This document shows positions 38,801 through 50,082 of a stretch of DNA of 64,000 nt, in pieces. The stretch covers positions 110,796,001 to 110,860,000 of the forward strand of contig CM059431.1 of NCBI GenBank assembly GCA_030390025.1, read 5' to 3'. Position numbers and translations under genes: made by a program. The notes under the pieces were generated by a model, which was not told where the DNA came from, did not search any database, and was given only the letters and a program-made list of their open reading frames with translations. Numbering within the stretch: position 1 is the stretch's first letter; the number at the start of each line of letters is the position of its first letter. Source of the stretch: Squalus acanthias (Eukaryota).

Positions 38801-40118
38801 CTTGGTCCGGGAAGTGTTCTCGCGGTGGGGACTCCCCCGTTTCATGGAGTCAGACCAAGGGAGTCACTTCACCGGCCAGGTGATGCAGAACACCCTCATG
38901 CTTTTGGGCATTGAAGGGAAGTGGCACGTAGCGCACAATCCCCAGTCATCAGGGATTGTTGAACGCATGAACCGGACCCTCAAGGAAAAACTGAGGAAAG
39001 AGACTATGAACTCGCCCCAAAAATGGGCGGAGGTCCTGCCTCTAGTCCTCATGGGAATCCGGGCCAGCCAGTCGAAGAGTACGGGGTATTCCCCGTACGA
39101 GGTGATGACTGGGAGGATCATGCGAACCCCCACCCATGTACTAGCCCCGGTGCTCACTGAGGATCAGCTCCAAGAGGTGAAACGGGACAAGTTTGTCCAG
39201 ACCCTCTTGGAACGCCTGAAGCAGGTTTACGAGCAGGCGGCTGGGAACATGGGAAGACAGCATCAGGGCAATCGCCTGTTGCTGGAACCCCGTAAGAAGC
39301 AGGAGTGGGAAGTCGGAGATCAGGTCATGGTTAGGAACTATGCCAGAGTAGGGAGTTTGGAGCCGCTGTATATGGGACCCTACAGTATTGTAGAGAAGGC
39401 GAGTCCCATGGTGTATGCCGTAAAGGTACCCCGGCGCACAAAATGGTTCCACATTAACCAGTGCAAGCTGTATAAACCGGGTGCACAGGGGCCAATCACA
39501 GGGGCCAAACCTGCGAGTGGGGACTCTCAGCCCCGGGTAGAACCGCAGGGCACACAGGCCGGTAAAGCAGCCTGCGTGAGGGGAGAGGACATTCTGGAAA
39601 AGTGTAGGATCTTTTCTTTTTCTTGGGATTCAGATGAGGAAGCGCTCGGAGGGCTCAACCAAGTTAGTGACCCGGTCGGAGAGGTGGTGGGGTCGGAGGA
39701 TGGAGGTTCCGCCCTCGACCCAAGCATAGGGGAGGTAGGGATTGCGAGCGGAGATCCACTTACTGTAGAAACAAGTAGGGTGGAGTCGGAAACCGCAGAT
39801 CCCGAGCCCAGGGGTGCGGAGCCAGGGGAGACAGAGCCGGCAGCTGTGGTGGGACCACAGGCTGTGACGGTGGGAGTCCCGGTCCCCGGTCCATCGGCCC
39901 TGGAGGCCTTGCCCAAGGTGGCCCTTCGCAGGTCGAGTCGGACACCCCAGCCCAGGAAGTTGTGGTCAGATCCCTCGTACACCCCCAGGCGTAAGTCCAA
40001 GGCAGCCCAGGGAGGTCCCAGTCCCCGCTCGGCAGCGACAGGCTGCGGCGGATCAAAGACAAGGGTCAGTGTCCCCCCGCCACGGGGAACAGCTCGTGGC
40101 AGCCTTTGCAGGATTTAG
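35805..40118 (+). pseudogene. pol: pol polyprotein: protease-RT-RNase H(degenerate)-RNase H-integrase; two in-frame stops (38526, 38676)
   Basis: One reading frame throughout. Motifs: LLDMGAS (protease, DTG>DMG), LPQGFHNSP and YVDD (36870-36881), YVDGSS..AQQAEL..SDS..KVKAH..GNQQADALA, HHCC (AHEGPGAGH..CLVC), VD*IGPLP..SDQGSHF..GIVERMN, GPY module. Confidence 0.95.
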
Positions 40119-40182
40119 CTAGGCCGCCCTGGGAACGGGCGGCGCTGTACAGTTATTTTAGGAGGATAAGTTTAAGTTTATA

Positions 40183-41076
40183 GGGGTAAAAATTCACTTG
40201 GTTGCGCCTCCCGTTAGCGCCTTAAGAGGGCGCTAATGGGGCGTTAAGCCGCTAACGCCCGGGCGCAGCGCTGTTTGCGCCGCTCGAGAACTTAACTTGA
40301 GATTGTGCGGCGGCGCTAAAACTTACCGCTGCGACCACCTGCGCGCGCAGATTGTGACGTCATTCCATGGTGCAACGCCCTTGGGGCGCCCCGTAGCGGA
40401 AATTGAGTGGCGCCCCCTGCCTTACCGCCTGGCGCTTCCAACGACCGGAAGACTGGAACGTTATCAATCGCTGTGGGGCTGGGGGGGGGCGCTATTTAAA
40501 GGGGGCCTCTTCCTGTCTTTTATTGTTGGTGGCATTTTTGAACTACGCATTCTGAGAGAGAGAGGGAGAGACTTCTGGAGAGATTCAACGTTGTGTGAAG
40601 GAGTTTTGGGTACTGAGCAGCACTTTGCAGGTTCATTTTGATTTGCCATTCCTTGTATCGATTTAGCAGAGACTGTGGGAGCTGCACTCTGAGCTCTTTG
40701 CCTGGTACTCTCCATTGTTCTTTCCAGCATATTTGATGTGCAAGTCTCTCCAGGCCGAGATTCAAGGCTGCAATGAACAGGATGTGGATGGAAAGCAAGA
40801 TTAACCATCCCCTTTAAGAACTGGCCCGTGCCATTGTGTGTGTGTTCCATTGCTGACTGACATTACATGAGCTTCGCCAGCGCTCCGAGTTAGCGCCTCA
40901 CTGCTCGGCCTTTGCGCCTTAAGAGAGGTGTGCAGCGCCTGCTTTAGCGCTCCACTCACCTCCCGGGGCGGTAAAAGTGAAGTTTCCTGTCAGTGCCGAT
41001 AATTAGCGCCAGGCGCTAATATTTGCGTCCAGACGATATTTGCGCCCCAAATGGGGCGCGACCTAATTTCTACCCC
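40183..41076 (+). mobile_element. Non-autonomous PIF/Harbinger element (894 bp) nested between pol and env
   Basis: TIRs GGGGTAAAAATT / AATTTCTACCCC, ATA TSD. Both ends closely match the ends of the 49571-53679 element. Confidence 0.93.
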
Positions 41077-41257
41077 ATAGTGTTTTAATATCAGGTTAAG
41101 ATTGTAGTTTAATTTCATAAGTAAATGGTAAAATGATGGGAGTTAGTGATAGGAATAGTTAAGGTCTATCCAGGATACATGTCTTGTACGTGAGACGAGG
41201 TCAAGGGACCCGCTCACCCTTCACAAAAGCCAGAGACTCTTGGGAGGCTGGCTACAT

Positions 41258-41275
41258 CATTTTATCTGATCACAG
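41258..41275 (+). promoter_or_regulatory. Candidate env splice acceptor
   Basis: CATTTTATCTGATCACAG|G ends 12 nt upstream of the env ATG. Confidence 0.5.
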
Positions 41276-41287
41276 GAACCAGGAGAT

Positions 41288-43640
41288 ATGGAAAGGATTC
41301 TGGTAGTGCTCGCAACGATCGGATATGGATTGGCCTCTCGGGGCCTCACCAAGGATGTCGTTGTGTTCGGTTGCTCCGGGGACACGGCCCCCATCGCGAC
41401 GGATGGGACCGGGGAGCGAGAGGCTGAGGAAACCGCCACTTATTTCCACAAGGGAAGGTGGCCGGGATGGCTGGGAACGAATTCAACGGAATACTCCAGC
41501 GCATCCGGGTTTGCGTACCAAGAGACTTCTTTACTGTGTCCCAGGGTGAGGATCGTTGCACCCAGAATCAGCGTCACCGTCGGCAAAAGGATTTGTTTGG
41601 TGTGCAATGGGAACGTCCCATTGAGCCGATGGTGGTGGTTACGGAAGTTAAGCAAGACTATGAGAAATTCCTCGGTCGAGTGGGAGCGATTGGGTAACAA
41701 TACCCATCGGACAATTACGGGGACTAACGGACAATTGAGAGTCTGTTGGGACAAATGGTGGGAGCCGGATGAGGGAATATATGTGTGTATGTGGGGATCG
41801 ACGTACGTTTGCCCCAAGGGTATATCCATATTTTTCCTACAACAGTGGCAGGATGCCAGGAAAGGGATGAGGTGGGACGTCAGCTCCTGGGGGTGCGGAG
41901 CTCCATTCTCCCCGATCCCGGTAAATGCCACTGAACTCATCACGCGCCCACGCAAGTCTCCGCCCACGATTCCGGTGGCTTTGGCTCAGGAGGAAGGGTG
42001 CCCTAAAACCACTAAGGGGCCCGGGAATGGTCTGGTACTGGTGCCAACAGATCAGATACTGTATCAAGGGGTACATTACGCGGTGGCCTCGGTGATTCTA
42101 AATCTCACCGAGGTGCATTTGCCAGAATGGTGCCCCAAAGAAACGGAAAAATTGTACCAGGTCCTGTTAACAAACATGTTCAGGCAGTTTTATGAGTTTG
42201 ATTTTGCAGAGGTTGACAAAACAAGCTTATACACCACACCACACGAAGTTTTGGGTCAGGTGGGGAGACAAAGAAGGGGTGCTGTGAACGATGTGTTCAC
42301 TGCTTTTAATACGGGAACATCTGTGGTCAACGCTCTAGATAATGTGGAGCTGCAGACACAGATCAACGGTTTAAAGACACAGTTAAAAAGCATCCTCACA
42401 AACGAGAACAAGGTAGTAGGGTCTGAGTTACATGAGGACCAGGCCATGACACTACACTTAAAAGAGATTATAGCAGAGCTGGAGAAGCATGCGAGAACGG
42501 TAAATGCCCTGATCAGGGAAGATCGAAATGCATCCGATCAAGCTGCGCAGAACGAGGTGTGCGTACTATACGGGGCGTGGTTACTGGGTGAGGGCCGCAG
42601 TAATTTGCAGGATTTAAAACAAGGTTTGGTCCCGTCCTGGATAAGCAACAAACACCTGCAGGCGCTCCACCCTTTTCAGAACGCATTAAGCCCGTGCCAG
42701 CTCAGGCTAGCCTCAGAGGCATACCCAGTCCCAGTGGACTGCGGACAGTCAAATCACACTATCATGGGTATAGTAGTACGGATGCCGGTGTTGGGCGACA
42801 CAGCAAAGCCCGCCCCGGTGTACAGGGTGGAGAACATTGGAGTCATTCAGGGGGGAGCCCACATTCGCTATGCAGCGGTCCCACCTTACGTCATCCGCTG
42901 GGAGCAAACGATGACAGGTACCGACCTCTCGGGTTGTCGTAGCAGGGGAGCACACATCATACTGTGTCCCCAGCACTTGAATGCCTTTTTAATACCACAA
43001 TGCGGGTTCAGAACGGCTGGCTGCGAAGTCCATGAATTGCACCATGGAAGCAATGACACAAGATCATGTGCCCCCACAGGTGGCATACATCGGGGGTGGA
43101 ACGTATTGCGTTACCACTGCAGCGCAACACTACCAGCATGGACAGCACAGCCGGTGTCCGGTGAGTGACAGCAGTTTCTGTTTTAAACCCAGGGCTGAAG
43201 TTCAAGTGGCACAACAGCGAATTGTCCCAATCCCTGAACCATCTACCGTTCACCTCACTGTAAAAGAGAATTTCACAGACTTGCAGCGATTCGTCGCGCA
43301 TTTCGGGTACATCATTCCCCCTCTCCCTGAACACCGCACCAAGATTTTAAAAGCCGTCATGGTATCACAGAAACATTTTTACACCCTGGAACAGAAGACT
43401 GTAGAGATAGGGGCAGAGGTATTGGACATAGTAACCCCACCGTGGTGGGATCTGTTCACTAATATTGAGGTCCCGTCATGGATCAGGATAGCCTCCCACA
43501 TTTTGGTAGTATGTCAAGTTGTAATTGTAGTGTACCTGTTGTTCGTGCACTGCAAAAGAGGCAAACGCCTCACGAGGCAGGAGAACACAGGGGAGTGGAG
43601 AGAATGTTACGTGCGCGTGAACGAGGAAAGTACCGCGTAA
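41288..43640 (+). pseudogene. env: env: signal peptide, Ig-like domain, class I F-like fusion protein, TM anchor; one frameshift near 43020
   Basis: ORFs 41288-43168 and 43032-43640. Hydrophobic N-terminus, furin site RQRR at 42266-42277 followed by heptad repeats, Cys-rich ectodomain, TM segment ILVVCQVVIVVYLLFV, basic cytoplasmic tail. Confidence 0.88.
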
Positions 43641-44015
43641 ACTGCCAGGATGACGCCCCTCCATTTTACTGTGTGTGTTTTTGTAGTTGTTGTAGTTATA
43701 AGTATTTGTGACTAAGTTTGGAATTTTTGTATTTTTAAAACAGTTGGTTTAATTGTTTTTCCTTTTGTAATAAAACAGGTAGTGCGAGAGGCATCGGCCT
43801 TTTGCACCTGGAAGGCGAATACGCAGTGTAAGTTTAAAGGCAATGCTGCCTACGATTTGTCCAAGATAGACAATGTGTTTTTCTCTGGGAAATGAGGACT
43901 ACATGTGTCATGGAGGCCATAGATAGTTTAATTACCGGGAGTGTTTGGATGTGGAGAATCGGGATAATTTGCTCACCAGCATTTAATTGATACGATAAGC
44001 GGAGTTATTCGCATC

Positions 44016-44027
44016 AACAGGAGGGAC
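44016..44027 (+). promoter_or_regulatory. Polypurine tract (short)
   Basis: AACAGGAGGGAC immediately 5' of the 3' LTR. Confidence 0.7.
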
Positions 44028-45650
44028 TGTAGAGTTTCGCAATTATTGCGATTCAAATAATATGAGAGAAGCAGATTCAATTGATAATTTTATTAAACGA
44101 AATGCTGTCCTGATAATAAAGGACACAGAAGCCTGTAAAATGGCCGCCGCGCATCGTGGCAGAAGCTTCCAGAGACACAGTGGGCAGACAAGATGGCGTC
44201 GAATATACATTCAGTATGAGATCGGATCATACTCGGTACACATTGAAAAGGCAGGATGCAACCCGTTTGCATCCTGAACAATAGCAATGATATAAGTGCT
44301 GGAATCGTTTCCTACGCACAGTAAGGATCATTGAACTGGGCCATCGAGAACCCATCCAGACACATCAATACACAAATACCCCCCTGGCTCAACAATGAGA
44401 GAGACATTGGCGGGTGATTAAGCCAGTATTCGGGGGGCCCCAAAACCAGTCGAGGAGACGATTCATACACATCCTGGCTGGCTCAACAATGGAGAAGGTA
44501 TTAACGGATAGTTGGCCAGTTTCAGGTGTTACCGAAACCCGTTAAGAAGATAATCGCCCCATGCTGGGAGTTTTTGGGCGCCAAAATCACACAAAGAATA
44601 AACGTTTAGATTTGAGCGGGAGATAAGGCCGACAAAACAGTATAACTATAGAGGACAAATGTCCATCGGTCTCTTGACTCTCTCTCTCTCTTCCTGGACT
44701 CTTCCTTGACTCTCTCTCTCTCGGGCTGGACCCTCTCGGGCTCGCTTGGCTCTTGACTCTTCGCTGTGCTGGTCGGTTATTCGAGTGTTGGGTGGAGCTC
44801 AATCGGAACAAGCCGCCTCGACAGGGCAAGTAACAGGGTACACCATCCCGAGCGTCGGTAAACGGTGTCCGGACCCAGGGGCCCGAGTAACCAGAAGAAA
44901 GACGAGAAGAAAGACGAGAAGAAATTCCACGTGCCGCCGCGGTCAGTAAACCCCGACCACGCCCGAAGTTATAACGACAGAATCCATCTTTGAATTCTAC
45001 AGACTACTACACGAACCGTTTTCTTTGAATTCTACGGACTACTTCACGATCCGGTCTGAATCCATCGACCACTTCATGACATCAAGGAATCTGGCTTACC
45101 TTTCGCGGCAGCGAGAGTAAACAAGTGGGGTGCAGAAACCCTTACAACCACGTGACAGTCAGGCGCTGCAGCGAAACGAGCTGAGTGCCTCACTTTAAAT
45201 TTCCGAAGTGAGCCGAGTGGTGAGCATGTTTTCCGATCCTACAAATCCAGACGTAGTTTAGGTATATTGAGGGAGGGTGGTTTTTCTAAGGTTAATGTAT
45301 AATGTGTTCCCCCTTTTACGATGTGTCGTGTGTTCCCTATTTCCATAGACCAAGTTTTATGAACGTGTGTATACTTGTACTCTCTTTGATCTGCGCCTAT
45401 GACATGTATTTCATGATTTTAGATGCCATGCAATAAAGACATTCATTTCGTGCTATTCAACCAGGTCTATTTGAGTCTTTTTTTCTCTGCATTACTGCTC
45501 CTTGCATCTAAGTCCAGGTGTCAGAACCGTAAGGGCGAGTGGGTCGAACCACTCACAGGTGCTTATTGCAAAAGTCTGGCCGGAGACCAGAGCAAGCAAT
45601 AGTATAGGCAACGAAGGCCTCACCTCGCACCAGTACCGTGACCCCTTACA
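44028..45650 (+). repeat. 3' LTR (1623 bp)
   Basis: Same length and termini as the 5' LTR. Preceded by the purine-rich tract and followed by the ATGT TSD. AATAAA at 45432-45437. Confidence 0.97.
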
Positions 45651-45916
45651 ATGTGTACATTTAACTTCATGTTTGAAGAAAAAGGGAACTTGCACTTACA
45701 GCGTCTTTCATGACCGCAAGATGTCCCAAAGCCAATGAAATACTTTTGAAGTGCAGTCACTGTTGTAATGTAGGAAATGCGGCAGCCAGTTTGTGCACAG
45801 CAAGCTCCCACTAACAGCAATATGATAATGACCAGATCCAATAAAGATGCACTGGTATGCAAATGTCATGCTCAGGGTGATGTGGGCGAGTAGTATGTTG
45901 GAGCATCAATGTGCTG

Positions 45917-46740
45917 AGCCATGGAGCAGTAATGTGCAGGGCCATGGAGCAGTAATGTGCAGGGCCATGGAGCGGTACTGTGCAGGGCCATGGAGCGGTA
46001 CTGTGCAGGGCCATGGAGCGGTAATGAGCAGGGCCATGGAGCGGTAATGAGCAGGGCCATGGAGCGGTAATGAGCAGGGCCATGGAGCGGTAATGAGCAG
46101 GGCCATGGAGCGGTAATGAGCAGGGCCATGGAGTGGTAATGAGCAGGGCCATGGAGTGGTAATGAGCAGGGCCATGGAGTGGTAATGAGCAGGGCCATGG
46201 AGCGGTAAAACATAGGGCCATGGAGCGGTAATGTGCAGGGCCATGGAGCGGTACTGAGCAGGGCCATAGAGTGGTAATGAGCAGGGCCATGGAGCGGTAA
46301 AACACAGGGCCATAGAGTGGTTATGCACAGGGCCATGGAGCGGTAACATGCAGGGCCATAGAGTGGTTATGCACAGGGCCATGGAGTGGTACTGAGCAGG
46401 GCCATAGAGTGGTTATGCACAGGGCCATGGAGTGGTAATGTGCAGGGCCATGGAGCAGTACTGAGCAGGGCCATGGAGTGGTTATACACAGGGCCATGGA
46501 GCGGTAATGTGCAGGGCCATAGAGTGGTTATGCACAGGGCCATGGAGCGGTACTGAGCAGGGTCATGGTGCGGTAATGAGCAGGGCCATGGAGCGGTAAT
46601 GTGCAGGGCCATGGAGCGGTAATGAGCAGGGCCATAGAGTGGTAATGAGCAGGGCCATGGAACGGGTATGTACAGGGCCATGGAGCAGTAACGCACAGGG
46701 CCATGGAATGGTTTAACACAGTGCCATGGAGTGGTTATGC
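45917..46740. repeat. 23-bp minisatellite, ~36 units
   Basis: Unit CAGGGCCATGGAGCGGTAATGAG with patterned variants. Confidence 0.95.
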
Positions 46741-46849
46741 TGCGCACGCCCCATCTGGTGAACTTCTGAATATCAGCCTTGCCATTCAGGGAGGCATTAA
46801 GTGGAGGGCAGATGGTTCACCCTGGGGAGAGTGAAAAAAGAATCAGTGG

Positions 46850-47245
46850 GATCTCTTGAGTACAGAAGATTAAGAGGTGATCTAATTGAAGTGTTTAAGA
46901 TGATTAAAAGACTTGATAGGGTAGATAGAGAGAAACTATTTCCTCTGGTGGGGGAGTCCAGAACAAGGGGGCATAACCTTAAAATTAGAGCTAGGCTGCT
47001 CAGGGGTATATCAGCTGGCACTTTTTCACACAAAGGGTAGTGGAAATCCTGAACGCTCTCCCAAAAAGAGGCTGGGGGTCAATTGAAAATTTCAAAATTG
47101 AAATTGATAGGTTTTTGCTAGACAAGGGGTATTAAGGGATATGGAACCAAGGTGGGTAAACAGAGTTAAGACACTGATCAGCCATGATCTAATTGAATGG
47201 TTGAACAGGCAAGAGGAGCTGAATGGCCTCATCCTGTTCCTATGG
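46850..47245 (+). mobile_element. CR1 3' fragment
   Basis: RRLRGDLIEVFK..RTRGHNLKI. Confidence 0.8.
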
Positions 47246-47374
47246 AAATAACCCAATGGACCTCCTAGTGGCCAACTCTGGAGCAGGAAAGGAAATCTCA
47301 AAGAGATGGTGTGGAGATAATGTAAAAAAAAAAATTCTTTAACTACGTGCATCTTACATCTCAGCACAGGACAA

Positions 47375-49570
47375 AGATGGACCTGGAAGTAAAGGTTCTA
47401 AATTGGGGGAAGGCCGATTTTAATATGATAAGGCAGGATCTGGCCAAAGTGGACTGGGATCAGCTACTTGTAGGAAAATCCACATCAGAGCAGTGGGAGT
47501 CATTCAGAAAGGAAATAGAGAGAGTACAGCGCCAACATGTTCCCGTAAAGGTCAAGGGTGGGACCAACAAGCCCAGGGAACACTGGATGTCAAGGAATAT
47601 ACGAGAATGGATTAGGAAAAAAAGGGAGGCTTTTGGCAGATACAAAGGACTAAAAACAGTGGAAGCCCTAGAGGACAATAGAAAGTGCAGGGGGGTACTT
47701 AAAAAAGAAATTAGGAGAGCGAAGAGGGGGCATGAAAAAACACTGGCAGGCAAAATAAAGGAAAATCCCAAGGTGTTTTATAAGTATATTAAGGGCAAGA
47801 GGATAACCAGGGAAAGAGTAGGGCCCATTATGGACCAAAGTGGCAATCTGTGTGTAGAGCCGGAAGATGTAGGTGAGGTTTTAAATGAATATTTTGCATC
47901 TGTGTTCACTATGGAGAAGGACGATGTAGGCATAGAAATCAGGCAGGAGGATTGTGATATACTTGAACAAATTAGTATTGAGAGGGAGGAGGTACTAACG
48001 GTTTTAGCGGGCTTAAAAGTGGATAAATCCCCAGGCCCAGACGAGAATGTATCCCAGGCTGCTGTGTGAGGCAAGGGAGGAGATTGCAGGGGCTCTGACA
48101 CAAATTTTCAGAACCTCTCTGGCCACAGGGGAGGTGCCAGAGGACTGGAGGACAGCTAATGTAGTACCATTATTCAAGAAGGGTAGTAGGGATAAACCAG
48201 GGAATTACAGGCCAGTGAGCCTAACATCAGTGGTAGGGAAATTATTGGAAAAACTTCTGAGGGACAGAATTAGTCTCCACTTGGAGAGGCAAGGATTAAT
48301 CAAGAATAGTCAGCATGGCTTTGTCAGGGGGAGATCATGTCTGACCAATTTGATTGCATTTTTCGAGGGGGTGACTAGGTGTGTGGATGAGGGTAGTGCA
48401 CTTGATGTAGTCTACATGGACTTCAGTAAGGCATGGGAGACTGGTCAAGAAGGTAAGAGCCCTTGGGATCCAGGGCAATTTGGCATATTGGATCCAAAAT
48501 TGGCTTAGTGGCAGGAGGCAGAGGGTGATGGTCGAAGGTTGTTTTTGTGACTGGAAGCCTGTGTCCAGTGGTGTACCGCAGGGATCAGTGCTAGGTCCCT
48601 TGCTGTTTGTAGTGTACATTAATGATTTAGATATGAATGTAGGAGGTATGATCAGTAAGCTCGCAGATGACACGAAAATTGGTGGAGTGGTAAATAGCGA
48701 GGAGGGAAGCCTCAGGCTACAGGATGCTATAGACGGGTTGGTCAGATGGGCAGAACAGTGGCAAATGGAATTTAACCCTGAAAAGTGTGAGGTGATGCAT
48801 TTTGGGAGGACTAACAAGGCAAGGGAATACACAATGAATGGTAGGACCCTAGGAAGGACAGAGGATCAGAGGGACCTTGGTGTGCATGTACATAGATCCC
48901 TGAAGGCAGCAGGACAGGTAGATAAGGTAGTTAAAAAGGCATATGGGATACTTGCCTTCATTAGCCGAGGCATAGAATATAAGAGCAGGGAGGTTATGAT
49001 GGAGCTGTACAAAATGCTAGTTAGGCCACAGCTGGAATACTGTGTGCAGTTCTGGTCGCCACACTATAGGAAGGATGTGATTGCATTGGAGAGGGTGCAG
49101 AGGAGATTCATCAGGATGTTACCTGGGCTGGAGCGCTTCAGCTATGAAGAGAGACTGGACAGGCTGGGGTTGTTTTCCTTAGAGCAGAGAAGGCTGAGGG
49201 GGGACCTGATTGAGGTGTACAAAATTATGAGGGGCATAGATAGGGTAGATAGAAAGGAACTTTTCCCCTTAGTAGAGGGTCAATAACCAGGGGGCATAGT
49301 TTCAAGGTAAGGGGCAGGAGGTTTAGAGGGGATTTGAGGAAAAAAAATTTCACCCAGAGGGTGGTTGGAATCTGGAGCTCACTGCCTGAAAGGGTGGTAG
49401 AGGTAGGAACCCTCACAATATTCAAGAAGCATTTAGATGAGCACTTGAAATGCCATAGCATACAAGGCTACAGACCAAGTGCTGGAAAATGGGATTAGAA
49501 TAGACAGGGCTTGATGGCCGGCGTGGACACGATGGGCTGAAGGGCCTCTTTCTGTGCTGTATAACTCTAT
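47375..49570 (+). mobile_element. 5'-truncated CR1 LINE (ORF2 RT remnant); tail resumes at 53680-53704
   Basis: YRPVSL, MDFSKA, GVPQGSVLGP, LADD and RPQLEYCVQFWSP motifs; (CTATGA)n tail split by the Harbinger. Confidence 0.93.
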
Positions 49571-50082
49571 GGGGTAAAAATTCAGTTCGTTGCGGCTCCC
49601 GTTAGCGCCTTAAGAGGGCGCTAATGGGGCGCAAAGCCGCTAACGCCCGGGCGCAGCGATGTTTGCGCCGCTCGGGAACTTAACTAGAGATTGTGCGGCG
49701 GCGCTAAACCTTACCGCTGCGACCACCTGCGCGCGCAGATTGTGACGTCATTCCATGGTGCAACGCCCTTGTGGCGCCCCGGAGCGGAAATTGAGTGGCG
49801 CCCCCTGCCTTACCGCCTGGCGCATCCAACGACCGGAAGACTGGAACGCTATCAATCGCTGTGGGGCTGGGGGGGGGCGCTATTTAAAGGGGGCCTCTTC
49901 CTGTCTTTTTCTGTGGTGGACATTTTTGCACCACTCGTTCTGAGAGAGAGAGAGAGATTCGGAGAGAGAGAAAGAGAGACTTCTGCATTGACTCAACGCT
50001 TTGTGAGGTAGTTTTGCCTACTGATCCTAACTTCGCTAGTACTTTAGTTGCTGTCCTTCATTACTTTGCTTGCAAAGAGACT

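Larger units (their letters stand above)
32355..45650 (+). mobile_element. Full-length endogenous retrovirus-like provirus (LTR-gag-pol-env-LTR), lokiretrovirus-like; inactivated by a few lesions
   Basis: Paired TG...CA LTRs, ATGT target-site duplication at 32351-32354 and 45651-45654, PBS, purine-rich tract, and gag/pol/env ORFs in retroviral order. Confidence 0.95.

Noticed and set aside
40297..40641. Accessory ORF between pol and env
   Set aside because: It lies within the Harbinger MITE and mirrors the non-coding left end of the 49571 element.
45917..46740. CRISPR-like array or repetitive protein ORFs (PLHGPAHY...)
   Set aside because: There are no unique spacers and no cas genes, and the context is eukaryotic. 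The ORFs are artefacts of the 23-bp period.
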